A stretch of DNA of 64,000 nucleotides from Basidiobolus meristosporus CBS 931.73 (GCA_002104905.1 MCFE01000243.1:53349-117348), one strand, 5' to 3'. Counted from the stretch's first letter, positions 53,373 to 63,759 are shown. Program-made: numbers and translations. Notes: generated by a model not told the origin, from the letters alone.

Positions 53373-53944
53373 ATGAGAACAGGTTGTTGGTATTTCTACA
53401 TTTTATTACTTACATGTAATCGATGTCACACCAGTTTCCCTATTTATGTAGACTATCAAGTACACACAATTATTGTGTAAATAAGCTGTCAAATATGAAC
53501 ACTGGAAAAAAAGACACATAAGAGATGTGCCCACAGGGATGGGTGGAACAATGGCGAGTATCAACAGAGATCGAAGTAAGGGAAAGAGTCGCTTAAGCGC
53601 TAATTTGCATAATTATCACACGAATCGCTCGTCTGTGACGCATATTATATGTGCGCTCAGGACACTCTAGGATGCCCAATCTCCAAATTGAATAAGCCCG
53701 GGTTGAGCTTATTAAATAAGCCACCCAATACCTCCAAGCAGTACTTCGATACGTGCACAGCCAAGTCTTATCAGTTTCTTACCCTTCCCCTGAATTGGTA
53801 GCTGGATTTCGGGTCATCGGAAGGAAGTATGGAAATTGGCGTGGTGTTGAGTTTGTCAAACGCTCTTGTTCCCATGCCGGTAATGGCTATATTTCTGCTA
53901 TCATATATGAGGCGAAAAATAATGAAACTTTATTGGATTTGGAC

Positions 53945-54523
53945 TTAAGTGCAGTCGTTGGTTCATTGAGTGTCTTCCATGGGCTCCGTATACTGTGAAT
54001 CCTGATTAGCACAGTTATCGTCACATTGAGCATCCTCCATGGGCTCAGAGTACTGTGTATCTTGGTCAGAGCATCCTTCGATGCATTGGGTGTCCACTAC
54101 TGGTGTGGAGTACGTCTCATCTTGTGCAGGCTGAACCATAACTATGGGGTAACCAGAGCCATCTTCGGAGTGTTCAGCACCCTTCTGTTTGGCTGAACCT
54201 TCTACTTCGAGGCTAGGGCCTGCTTGAAACTGAACATCGAGACTCTTGTCACTGTTGGCGTTGGCAGTGTTCAGATTGTCATGCTTTCTGGTCACGGTGG
54301 TGAACACCTGACGCAACAATGGCACTTGAACGTTTGGCGTTTCAACAGTGGGTTGAACCTGGACTTGTTGGTAGCAGTTTCTTGCTTGGTCTGAGCATGA
54401 ATACCTGCGATAACGGACTCTTCTATGCTCACGGTTGCATGACTCGGAGCATGGGACTGGAGCAGCAACGGCGGCTTGAAGAGAGGCAAGGCCCAAGATC
54501 AATGATACAATGAATGCACGCAT
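53945..54523 (-). CDS. Family II small secreted protein with Arg-rich N-terminus and about 20-aa acidic CxxxC repeats; premature TGA at 53963
   Basis: Signal peptide MRAFIVSLILGLASLQAAVAA; repeats DTQCIEGCSDQDTQYSEPM / EDAQCDDNCANQDSQYTEPM / EDTQ*TNDCT; TATA-like box at about 54563-54571. Confidence 0.75.
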
Positions 54524-54696
54524 CTTTGAGAACTGCTGAGTTCATTGCCAAGTACACTCGGGAATATATAGCATGGGAACCATTATAACATGGTTACAAC
54601 GTTGATGGTAGCAATAGTTAGTTAACTTTATCAGATTGAAAATTAGCATTCGCTCTGCCATCATCGGCTCAATCGCATTGATATCGCGTACTTTAT

Positions 54697-54714
54697 TTAG
54701 GGTTAGGGTTAGGG
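54697..54714 (+). repeat. Interstitial telomeric tract (TTAGGG)3
   Basis: Caps the host segment and precedes SINE C2. Confidence 0.9.
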
Positions 54715-55235
54715 GGGAAAGTCACCAAGTGGTGAAATCTTTATTTACTTATGACAAGTATCTAAAGAAGCCAAGTTAATCTGAAGTTATTCCTAGAAAG
54801 CTAGGTCTGAGAGATATCTTCCTGGTAAGCCAGGTCTGAGAGTTAAGAGGCTGAGTGGTACTGTATTTCCTAGTTAGCTAGGTCTGAGAGAGGTTTCCTG
54901 GAAAGCCAGGCCTGAGAAGTGAGAATCTGAATATATCTGAGCTAAGTTATACTGGTTTGCGGTAGCTGAATTGTGGCCGGAATGGCCAGTAGACTGGGGG
55001 AACTGAGATGAATTTCTGGGCGATCACAGGCCAAATTTACTAGGCAAATATGGCCAATTAGCATTTCAAGGATTTCAGCCAATCGGAGCCTTTACTTTGC
55101 CCAATGGTTGATCAAGCCATCTCCCAATGAGCACATATCAATTTATTAATCAAATTTTGCTGGATCCAGGATTTGAACCCACAACCATGGGTATGGATGG
55201 GTTAGGGATAACCACAAGGCTAAGTGTTCTTGGTT
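54715..55235 (-). mobile_element. SINE family C copy 2, full length (about 520 bp, tRNA-derived head)
   Basis: Minus-strand 5' end has an A-box-like TAGCCTTGTGG (55212-55222) and B box GGTTCAAATCC (55169-55179); no ORF; 3' end shared with LINE A. Confidence 0.85.
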
Positions 55236-55295
55236 GGGGGGAGACAGTCACCAACAGGTGAAATCTTTATTTCAGTTGAAACAAAGAAGCCAGCG

Positions 55296-58066
55296 CTACT
55301 GTTGTAGCTTTGATACAAGAGTGTGTAGCTGAGGGGAATTTGTAGGTAAGTTAATAAGAAGTGATGATAGTTCTTCAGTGCTCAAGACACTGTTCAGTGG
55401 GAAGGGGGGTAGCAAGAGAGGTAAGAATGACTTGTGAACAACATTAATGAGGGGAATGTGATAAGGATTGATATTCATCATAAAGGGAGTGTGCTGCTGC
55501 AGATATTGCTGCCAAAGGTCTGTCAAGTACTTCAGGTAGGCCAGCTTGGGTTTTTCTGACTGCAGAATATAGTGAGCAAACGTCTTGACTTCAGGATCTC
55601 CAAGTATAGTTCTCCAGCAGGAGTCAGGTGTTGTGTGGTGTGTTCTCTTCCAGGCCTTAATCAGTGGGTTGTTGCAGTTGTGAAGTCTGAGGTATAATCT
55701 GGTTCTAAGGTAGAGAAGTCTGATCTTATAGGGCATAAACCCAAAAGCACCAAGAATAGCATGTCTGTAGGGGCATTCAGGCAAATGAGGCACCAAGGAG
55801 GTAATGCACCATACTGCAAACTTGTCAAGCTTAGTGCAGTCTCTAGAAGTAAGAGAGAGAAGTGGTAAGCCAAATTCCAGGACAGGGAAGACAAACTGCT
55901 TGAGTAGAAGGAGGCAGCTGGGAGCTGAAGTTGTAGGAGGAGTAACAGCCAGTAGCTTGTGGAGTGCCTGTCTTGCCAGGATAATTCTCTTCTTCAGGTG
56001 TGCTCCAGAGTCTAGTCCAGTAGGAAGGAAAGGAAAGCCAAGATATGTAGCAGAAACCTGAGCAGGTAGAGTGGAGTTCTCCAAGTTGATGGGAGAGCCC
56101 AAAGGTACTGTCTTTGCAATGGAAAGCTGGAGATTATTCTTCTGCAGATACTGGTGGATGGTCTGGGAGTCTTGTTGCACATTGGAGGAGGATATTCTGA
56201 TGTCATCAGCAAAGAGAGTAACCAGGCAGTCAGCTGAGAGTCTTGGGAAATCATTCAGGAAGATGGCAAACAGTATAGGACCAAGCACAGAGCCTTGAAC
56301 CACTCCATTAGGAACTGAGAAAACAGCTGATTGCTCACTTGGGTGCAGAATTCTTGCTTGTGGATCCAGAAACAGAGACCTGACAAGGAGGGTGAGAGAG
56401 GTACTGGAGAAGCATTGCAACTTGGACCAAAGCAGATTTCTGTCAACTGAATCAAAGGCCTTAGTAATATCAAACAGAACAGAGGGATACTTGCACTGGA
56501 GAGAGTGATCTTGGCTAAGTATGACTGCATATTCCAAGGAGAGGCCAGGAACAAAGCCAAACTGTGCAGGATGAAACTTGAGGGAGTCAGAGTAGAGCTC
56601 CTGAGCAAGCAGAAGCTCAAACACCTTTCTGCAGGTGGGCAGCAGAGATATTGGCCTGTAGGAGCTAGGATCCAGGTGCTTTCCTTTACCCTTGTACAGT
56701 GGCAGAACATTTGCAAAGGACCATTCCTCAGGAGTAGAAAGCTGGGCTGAGCATTGCTGAAACAGTGGAAGCAGAAGTGCAGACATGGCCTTGGTACTAG
56801 TCTTCAGAAGCTCATAAGAGATTGTGTCCACACCTGGAGCAGTAGAGTTGGGAAGCCTCTTGAGCACATTATGGATTCTCCTTTGATCAAGTGCAAGTGG
56901 GATGGGCAGAGTCTGGAAGTCAGGATGAAAGCCAGGAGTTGAGTACTGCTTTGTAGAGAAGAAGATGTTAGCCAGCTGTTCTGTTGAAGGTAACTTCCTG
57001 GAAGAGGGCCTCATTGCCCTGTAGAGTCTTGATACTGTTCTTGTTATAGAGTTGGAAGATTGAAGAGGCAAGGAACTCATAATATGATCCCAGAGCTGAG
57101 TATGCAGAGTGTGGTGAATTGCCTTGGAGTGGTGTATTGCTGTCAGGAGGAGTTTCTCTGTTTTTGGGTTAGGGAAGCTCAGGTAGCTTTGTTGCAGGGC
57201 TGAAACAATGGATTCCCATTTTCTTGAGGTAACAGCAGTAGTCTTGCATGGCAGTGAGAGGGAGGCAGACACCAGAATCAAGATGCTTCACAAAGAGCCA
57301 GGCAAAGTTGAGATCATCTGGCAGAGAAAGTAGCAAACTGGCAAGCTTCAAGTAGTTCCCAAAGTCTTTCTTCTGATTCTTGGTAGCTTTGTGGGTGAGC
57401 ACAGTAAGTTTTGGCAGCTTCTCTTCACAACTGGTTGCATAGAAAGGGACCAGGCTGGGTGGTCAGAGGCTCTCAAGGATCCTAGCTCAGCTCCAGAGAA
57501 TTGCTTAACTTCATTCACAAAGTAGAGGGCAGCAGCAGAAGGGCAGATCCAGTCAACACATCTTTTCTCAGATTGAGCACCTAGTGCTAGCAGATGGCTT
57601 TCTCTCAGGAAGTTCAGTAGGAATGTAGACCTTGGCTTCATTCTTGCAGTCAGAGTAGTCTTGTTCTCAGGATGGGGAATGTTGAGATCTCCAAGCAAGA
57701 TAACAAGGTGTTGATATAGACTGTTGGTATTGCTGAACCTTCTGGCATATAACTTGCACTTCCTGAAGGGCTAGACTTGGAGGCAGATAGCAGAGCACCA
57801 GACTGATAGTTGGCAACTGGAGAGCAGCACAGTAAGGGGAGTAAAGAGGAACACAGAGCTGAGGAGTATTGATGGTAGAAGAGATGAAGCAGATAGAGGA
57901 GGTATTCTTTGTTCTAGGAGTAGAAAAGCAATATAGATTAGTCAAAAGTATAGAGGGTAGCTGGACATCAATCAAACACAGGCAGGGAAAATCTTGAAAG
58001 AAGTCTCTCTAGAGTTGGTCTTGATGGCTGTATGCTGTTGCAGTTAAGCAACAGAACTTCAGGTAG
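55296..58066 (-). CDS. Family A ORF2: APE endonuclease and RT (frameshifted in this copy; no C-terminal CCHC seen)
   Basis: APE motifs LLLNCNS, YLPP, GDLN, VDW and SDH across frames; complete RT motif set. Confidence 0.82.
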
Positions 58067-59576
58067 TCAGGCAGAGGTTGTAGCTTCTTCAGAGGCAGCA
58101 TTAACAATGTGACCTGCAGAGTCCCAGAGCTCTTCAAATGGTGGATCACTTAAGTCAGCAAGGAGGGAAATGGCATGGTTCTTGAGGAAGTATGCCACAT
58201 CATAGGAGGGGGCTTGTCTCTTGATGGCAGCAAAGAAAGACAGAATGGCAACATGGGCTGGAGGCTTGTTGAACAGTAGAGAGTCAGAGGATTCAGATTC
58301 TTCAGGCACTATCTTGAAGTCAGTTTTCAGCCAGTTAAGGTTCTTCTCCACAAAGGCAACAAATGGGTCAGCAATGTTTTGGTCTAGGATAACCTCCAGA
58401 ATCTTCCCTTTTCTCCAGGCCAGGTTGACAATTCTTGAGAGCTGAATATTGCATGCCTTGAGTGCTTTCCTGATGTTGGAAATGGGGGTCCAGGGAACTT
58501 GCTTCAAGTACACCACAGTCCAGGTAGAAGCTGGTGGTAGGTTTGCTGGGGGCTTGTAAGTCCTTCTGTGTTGCAATGGAGCTGCAGTAGTCAGATTGGA
58601 GTCCACATTCTCAGTAGAAGGTTTTCTTGATGGTGTCTTGCTGAATAGTACTGGAGCTGGATGTGCTGATAATTCTTGCTAGAACCTTGCCTGCATAAGT
58701 CTGAGGTATAGCTGAGGTGACTGTAGAGGTGGTGGCAGCTGGTGCAGGTGGAGAGGCAGAGACTGAAGCAGGAACTGAGGTCACCTGGGAGAAGGCAGTA
58801 GAAGCAGGTTTTCTGGGAGGAACAGAGTTCACTATCCAGTTGTTCTGTAAAACACTGGAGTAGCTTTTCTGTGGAACAGGATCTTGCTCTTGAACAGGAA
58901 CAGAAGCAGGAGGCTGGGGCTGAGCAGTAGTGGTAAGGCAGTGGCACTCCAAGGAAGCTTTTTGCAAGGCATCTCTGGCAGTTTTCAGGGCAGTATTGGC
59001 TTCATTCTTGAGCTTCTTGCATTGGGCATCCAGTCTCTTGTTTTCAATAGCCAGGGCAGTATTGGCAGCCTCTAAATCAGCAATTCTCTTCTCAATTGCA
59101 AGGAATCTCTGAAGAAATGCATCAGTAGAAGTGCTGGCATCTGGGAGAGCAGTGGCAGGAATAGAGTCCATTGACAGTGGGCTTCTTGGAGGCAAGGAAA
59201 GTGGACTGGCAGATTCAGGCACAAAAGGAGATATCCTGGCAGGAGGAGAAGGAGTATCCAAGGCAGTAACAGAGGCAATTCTTGTTGGTGAAGCAGCAGC
59301 AGGGGAGGCAAGCCTGTTCAAAAACTGGGCAGGAGAGAGTGCTTGAGGAGAGGGAGTCTTCAGCTTGCCAAGCATGTCTTCCATCAGAGTGATACCAATA
59401 TTCCTGGTGCATTTGCAGAGAAAAGTAAGCTTCCTGAGTCTGCCAGCTCTTCCATTCCTTCTGATAGTTCCTTTGTTTCCACAGTTGGGGCAAGAAATCT
59501 TCTTGACAGACTTGTCAAAGCAATCAAGAACCTTCCTTTCAGGTGTAGTGGGCTCCTGTTGAGGTTTTGGTGGCAT
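58067..59576 (-). CDS. Family A ORF1 (CxxC zinc-ribbon-like N-terminus, coiled coil, Pro/Ser linker, conserved C-terminal domain; one +1 frameshift at about 58680)
   Basis: CPNC...CKC; IEKRIADLEAAN; WTVVYLKQV...ILEVIL. Confidence 0.78.
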
Positions 59577-59780
59577 ATCCAGAGTTTCAGCTTCAAATTT
59601 CAATTTTTGAGATTTTTGGGTGATTTTGATGGCGGGATCAAAATTAGGGTTAGGGTTGCGCGCTGTGACTGCTTTTTACGATCGCAAGGTCAGATCTAGG
59701 AAAAATAAAATAGTTAGTAAGGTGATTTAATGGATGGATGGATGGATTCGGAGTCAGATCATCAATCGTGATATAGAGGA

Positions 59781-60751
59781 TTAGGAGGGGATGATCATCA
59801 CCAAAGGGTGAAATCTTTATTTAAATAATAAATAAAGAAGCCAAGTTTGAATATGAATATCTGAGATGCAGGAAGCCTACAAGATAAACTTGGACTTTGC
59901 TGTATCCCAAATATCCTCAATATCAAAGTCTAGAGGAGAGTGTAGCAAGACTGCTTGCTCACTGTAGTATTTCTTGAGGAAGTTTGTGACTTGAAGGGAA
60001 GGAGAGTTTTTCAACAAGCTGGTAAATCTTTTGAGGAGTTCTTTTTCCAGAGAGAATGGCACAAAGAGTGGAATGTCCAAATGATGTCTGAATATATGCT
60101 CTGAGAGCTCCCAATCCAGCATATTTTTGACTTCTTCTGTAAAATCTTCAACAATATCTTTGTCAAGAATAACTTCCAAGAGATCTCTGGCAATGTACTG
60201 AATGTTAATAATCTTAGGCATATGAATACCTAGGTCCTTGAGGTAGTTTCTTTGTTCTGATACTGGGAGATATCCTGCATTTCTGAAATAGCAAACAGCC
60301 CAGTTGGCAGTAGGAGGAGTATCAGGGCTGACAGGGAATCTTCTTCTGGCTTTAGAGTGCACTGGCTTAGGAGACTGTCTTGATGGAAGGCAGCTGGTTT
60401 TGGATGAGCTTGAAGTGCTTGGGAGTAGGTCTGAGTACAAGTAGTAGAAGTTGCTGGTTGCTGAGAATTTTCAGATTGACTGGATGAAGAGCTAATTGAG
60501 GGGTTGCAAGGTAAGGAAGAAGCTGAAAGAGAAGTGGAGAGGGCTGGGTGAAGTTCAGAAAGAGTTTTGAAAAGAATTTGGATCTGAGATTTCAACATTG
60601 AGTTTTCAGCTTCAAGAAGAGAAACTCTTTGTTCAAGGTAAGAAGTCTGTAAAGCGTGAAAGTTGGGTAAAGACATGGAAGAAGTAGATAATAAGAAGAA
60701 AAGAGTAGTTGGGGTGGGAGGGTGGGAAAATAGTTAAGAAGAAAAGAGAGG
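59781..60751 (-). mobile_element. Element D: ORF1-only non-autonomous retroelement (ORF 60676-59877 with one frameshift)
   Basis: LEQRVSLLEAEN and WAVCYFRNAGYLP...LLEVILD align with A ORF1; stop followed directly by the shared 3' tail; no RT. Confidence 0.8.
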
Positions 60752-60784
60752 GGGTTAGGGTTAGGGTAGGGGTTAGGGTTAGGG
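60752..60784 (+). repeat. Interstitial telomeric tract with one variant unit
   Basis: gggttagggttagggtaggggttagggttaggg. Confidence 0.9.
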
Positions 60785-61110
60785 GGGAGGACAGTCACCA
60801 AGTGGTGAAATCTTTATTTACTTATGACAAGTATCTAAAGAAGCCAAGTTAATCTGAAGTAATTCCTAGAAAGCTAGGTCTGAGAGATATCTTCCTGGTA
60901 AGCCAGGTCTGAGAGTTGAGAAGCTGAGTGGTACTATATTTCCTAGTTAGCTAGGTCTGAGAGAGGTTTCCTGGAAAGCCAGGCCTGAGAAGTGAGAATC
61001 TGAATATATCTGAGCTAAGTTATACTGGTTTTGCGGTAGCTGAATTGTGGCCGGAATGGCCAGTAGACTGGGGGAACTGAGATGTATTTCTGGGCGATCA
61101 CTGGCCATAT
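60785..61110 (-). mobile_element. SINE family C copy 3 (5'-truncated)
   Basis: Matches the 3' part of C2. Confidence 0.88.
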
Positions 61111-61640
61111 TTAGGGGGGAGGAAAGTCACCAAGTGGTGAAATCTTTATTTACTTATGACAAGTATCTAAAGAAGCCAAGTTAATCTGAAGTTATTCCTA
61201 GAAAGCTAGGTCTGAGAGATATCTTCCTGGTAAGCCAGGACTGAGAGTTGAGAAGCTGAGTGGTACTATATTTCCTAGTTAGCTAGGTCTGAGAGAGGTT
61301 TCCTGGAAAGCCAGGCCTGAGAAGTGAGAATCTGAATATATCTGAGCTAAGTTATACTGGTTTGCGGTAGCTGAATTGTGGCTGGAATGGCCAGTAGACT
61401 GGGGGAACTGAGAGGAATTTCTGGGCAATCACTGGCCAAATTTACTAGGCAAATATGGCCAATTAGCATTTCAAGGATTTCAGCCAATCAGAGCCTTTAC
61501 TTTGCCCGATGGTTGATCAAGCCATCTCCCAATGGGCACACATCAATTTATTAATCAAATTTTGCTGGATCCAGGATTTGAACCCACAACCATGGGTATG
61601 GAAGGGTTAGGGATAACCACAAGGCTAAGTGTTCTTGGTT
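61111..61640 (-). mobile_element. SINE family C copy 4, full length
   Basis: Same 5' endpoint as C2; B box 61574-61584, A box 61617-61627. Confidence 0.87.
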
Positions 61641-63759
61641 TTAGGGGGGGGGGAGACAGTCACCAACAGGTGAAATCTTTATTTCAGTTGAAACAAAGAA
61701 GCCAGCGCTACTGTTGTAGCTTTGATACAAGAGTGTGTAGCTGAGGGGAATTTGTAGGTAAGTTAATAAGAAGTGATGATAGTTATTCAGTGCTCAAGAC
61801 ACTGTTCAGTGGGAAGGGGGGTAGCAAGAGAGGTAAGAATGACTTGTGAACAACATTAATGAGGGGAATGTGATAAGGATTGATATTCATCATAAAGGGA
61901 GTGTGCTGCTGCAGATATTGCTGCCAAAGGTCTGTCAAGTACTTCAGGTAGGCCAGCTTGGGTTTTTCTGACTGCAGAATATAGTGAGCAAACTTCTTGA
62001 CTTCAGGATCTCCAAGTATAGTTCTCCAGCAGGAGCCAGGTGTTGTGTGGTGTGTTCTCTTCCAGGCCTTAATCAGTGGGTTGTTGCAGTGGTGAAGTCT
62101 GAGATATAATCTGGTTCTAAGGTAGAGAAGTCTGATCTTATAGGGCATAAACCCAAAAGCACCAAGAATAGCATGTCTGTAGGGGCATTCAGGCAAATGA
62201 GGCACCAAGGAGGTAATGCACCATACTGCAAACTTGTCAAGCTTAGTGCAGTCTCTAGAAGTAAGAGAGAGAAGTGGTAAGCCAAATTCCAGGACAGGGA
62301 AGACAAACTGCTTGAGTAGAAGGAGACAGCTGGGAGCTGAAGTTGTAGGAGGAGTAACAGCCAGTAGCTTGTGGAGTGCCTGTCTTGCTAGGATAATTCT
62401 CTTCTTCAGGTGTGCTCCAGAGTCTAGTCCAGTAGGAAGGAAAGGAAAGCCAAGATATGTAGCAGAAACCTGAGCAGGTAGAGTGGAGTTCTCCAAGTTG
62501 ATGGGAGAGCCCAAAGGTACTGTCTTTGCAATGGAAAGCTGGAGATTATTCTTCTGCAGATACTGGTGGATGGTCTGGGAGTCTTGTTGCACATTGGAGG
62601 AGGATATTCTGATGTCATCAGCAAAGAGAGTAACCAGGCAGTCAGCTGAGAGTCTTGGGAAATCATTCAGGAAGATGGCAAACAGTATAGGACCAAGCAC
62701 AGAGCCTTGAACCACTCCATTAGGAACTGAGAACACAGCTGATTGCTCACTTGGGTGCAGAATTCTTGCTTGTGGATCCAGAAACAGAGACCTGACAAGG
62801 AGGGTGAGAGAGGTACTGGAGAAGCATTGCAACTTGGACCAAAGCAGATTTCTGTCAACTGAATCAAAGGCCTTAGTAATATCAAACAGAACAGAGGGAT
62901 ACTTGCACTGGAGAGAGTGATCTTGGCTAAGTATGACTGCATATTCCAAGGAGAGGCCAGGAACAAAGCCAAACTGTGCAGGATGAAACTTGAGAGAGTC
63001 AGAGTAGAGCTCCTGAGCAAGCAGAAGCTCAAACACCTTTCTGCAGGTGGGCAGCAGAGATATTGGCCTGTAGGAGCTAGGATCCAGGTGCTTTCCTTTA
63101 CCCTTGTACAGTGGCAGAACATTTGCAAAGGACCATTCCTCAGGAGTAGAAAGCTGGGCTGAGCATTGCTGAAACAGTGGAAGCAGAAGTGCAGACATGG
63201 CCTTGGTACTAGTCTTCAGAAGCTCATAGGAGATTGTGTCCACACCTGGAGCAGTAGAGTTGGGAAGCCTCTTGAGCACATTATGGATTCTCCTTTGATC
63301 AAGTGCAAGTGGGATGGGCAGAGTCTGGAAGTCAGGATGAAAGCCAGGAGTTGAGTACTGCTTTGTAGAGAAGAAGATGTTAGCCAGCTGTTCTGTTGAA
63401 GGTAACTTCCTGGAAGAGGGCCTCATTGCCCTGTAGAGTCTTGATACTGTTCTTGTTATAGAGTTGGAAGATTGCAGAGGCAAGGAACTCATAATATGAT
63501 CCCAGAGCTGAGTATGCAGAGTGTGGTGAATTGCCTTGGAGTGGTGTATTGCTGTCAGGAGGAGTTTCTCTGTTTTTGGGTTAGGGAAGCTCAGGTAGCT
63601 TTGTTGCAGGGCTGAAACAATGGATTCCCATTTTCTTGAGGTAACAGCAGTAGTCTTGCATGGCAGTGAGAGGGAGGCAGACACCAGAATCAGATGCTTC
63701 ACAAAGAGCCAGGCAAAGTTGAGATCATCTGGCAGAGAAAGCAGCAAACTGGCAAGCTT
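61641..63759 (-). mobile_element. LINE family A copy 5 (5'-truncated, RT frame open)
   Basis: Near-identical to copies 1 and 4; capped by TTAGGGTTAGGG. Confidence 0.93.

Larger units (their letters stand above)
55236..59643 (-). mobile_element. LINE family A copy 4, apparently full length (ORF1 plus APE-RT ORF2, several 1-nt indels)
   Basis: Two-ORF structure; 5' side followed by TTAGGGTTAGGGTT at 59644-59657. Confidence 0.9.

Noticed and set aside
55160-55235. Functional tRNA gene
   Set aside because: A and B boxes are present but T-stem, D-stem and acceptor stem do not pair; it is embedded in a repeated element
54715-55235. Element C as the telomerase RNA gene itself
   Set aside because: Multi-copy, often truncated and carries a LINE tail; only the 9-nt motif is suggestive
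58600-60440. Conserved programmed frameshift in ORF1 of A and D
   Set aside because: Shifts are at similar positions but opposite in direction (+1 in A, -1 in D); independent indels or assembly errors are more likely
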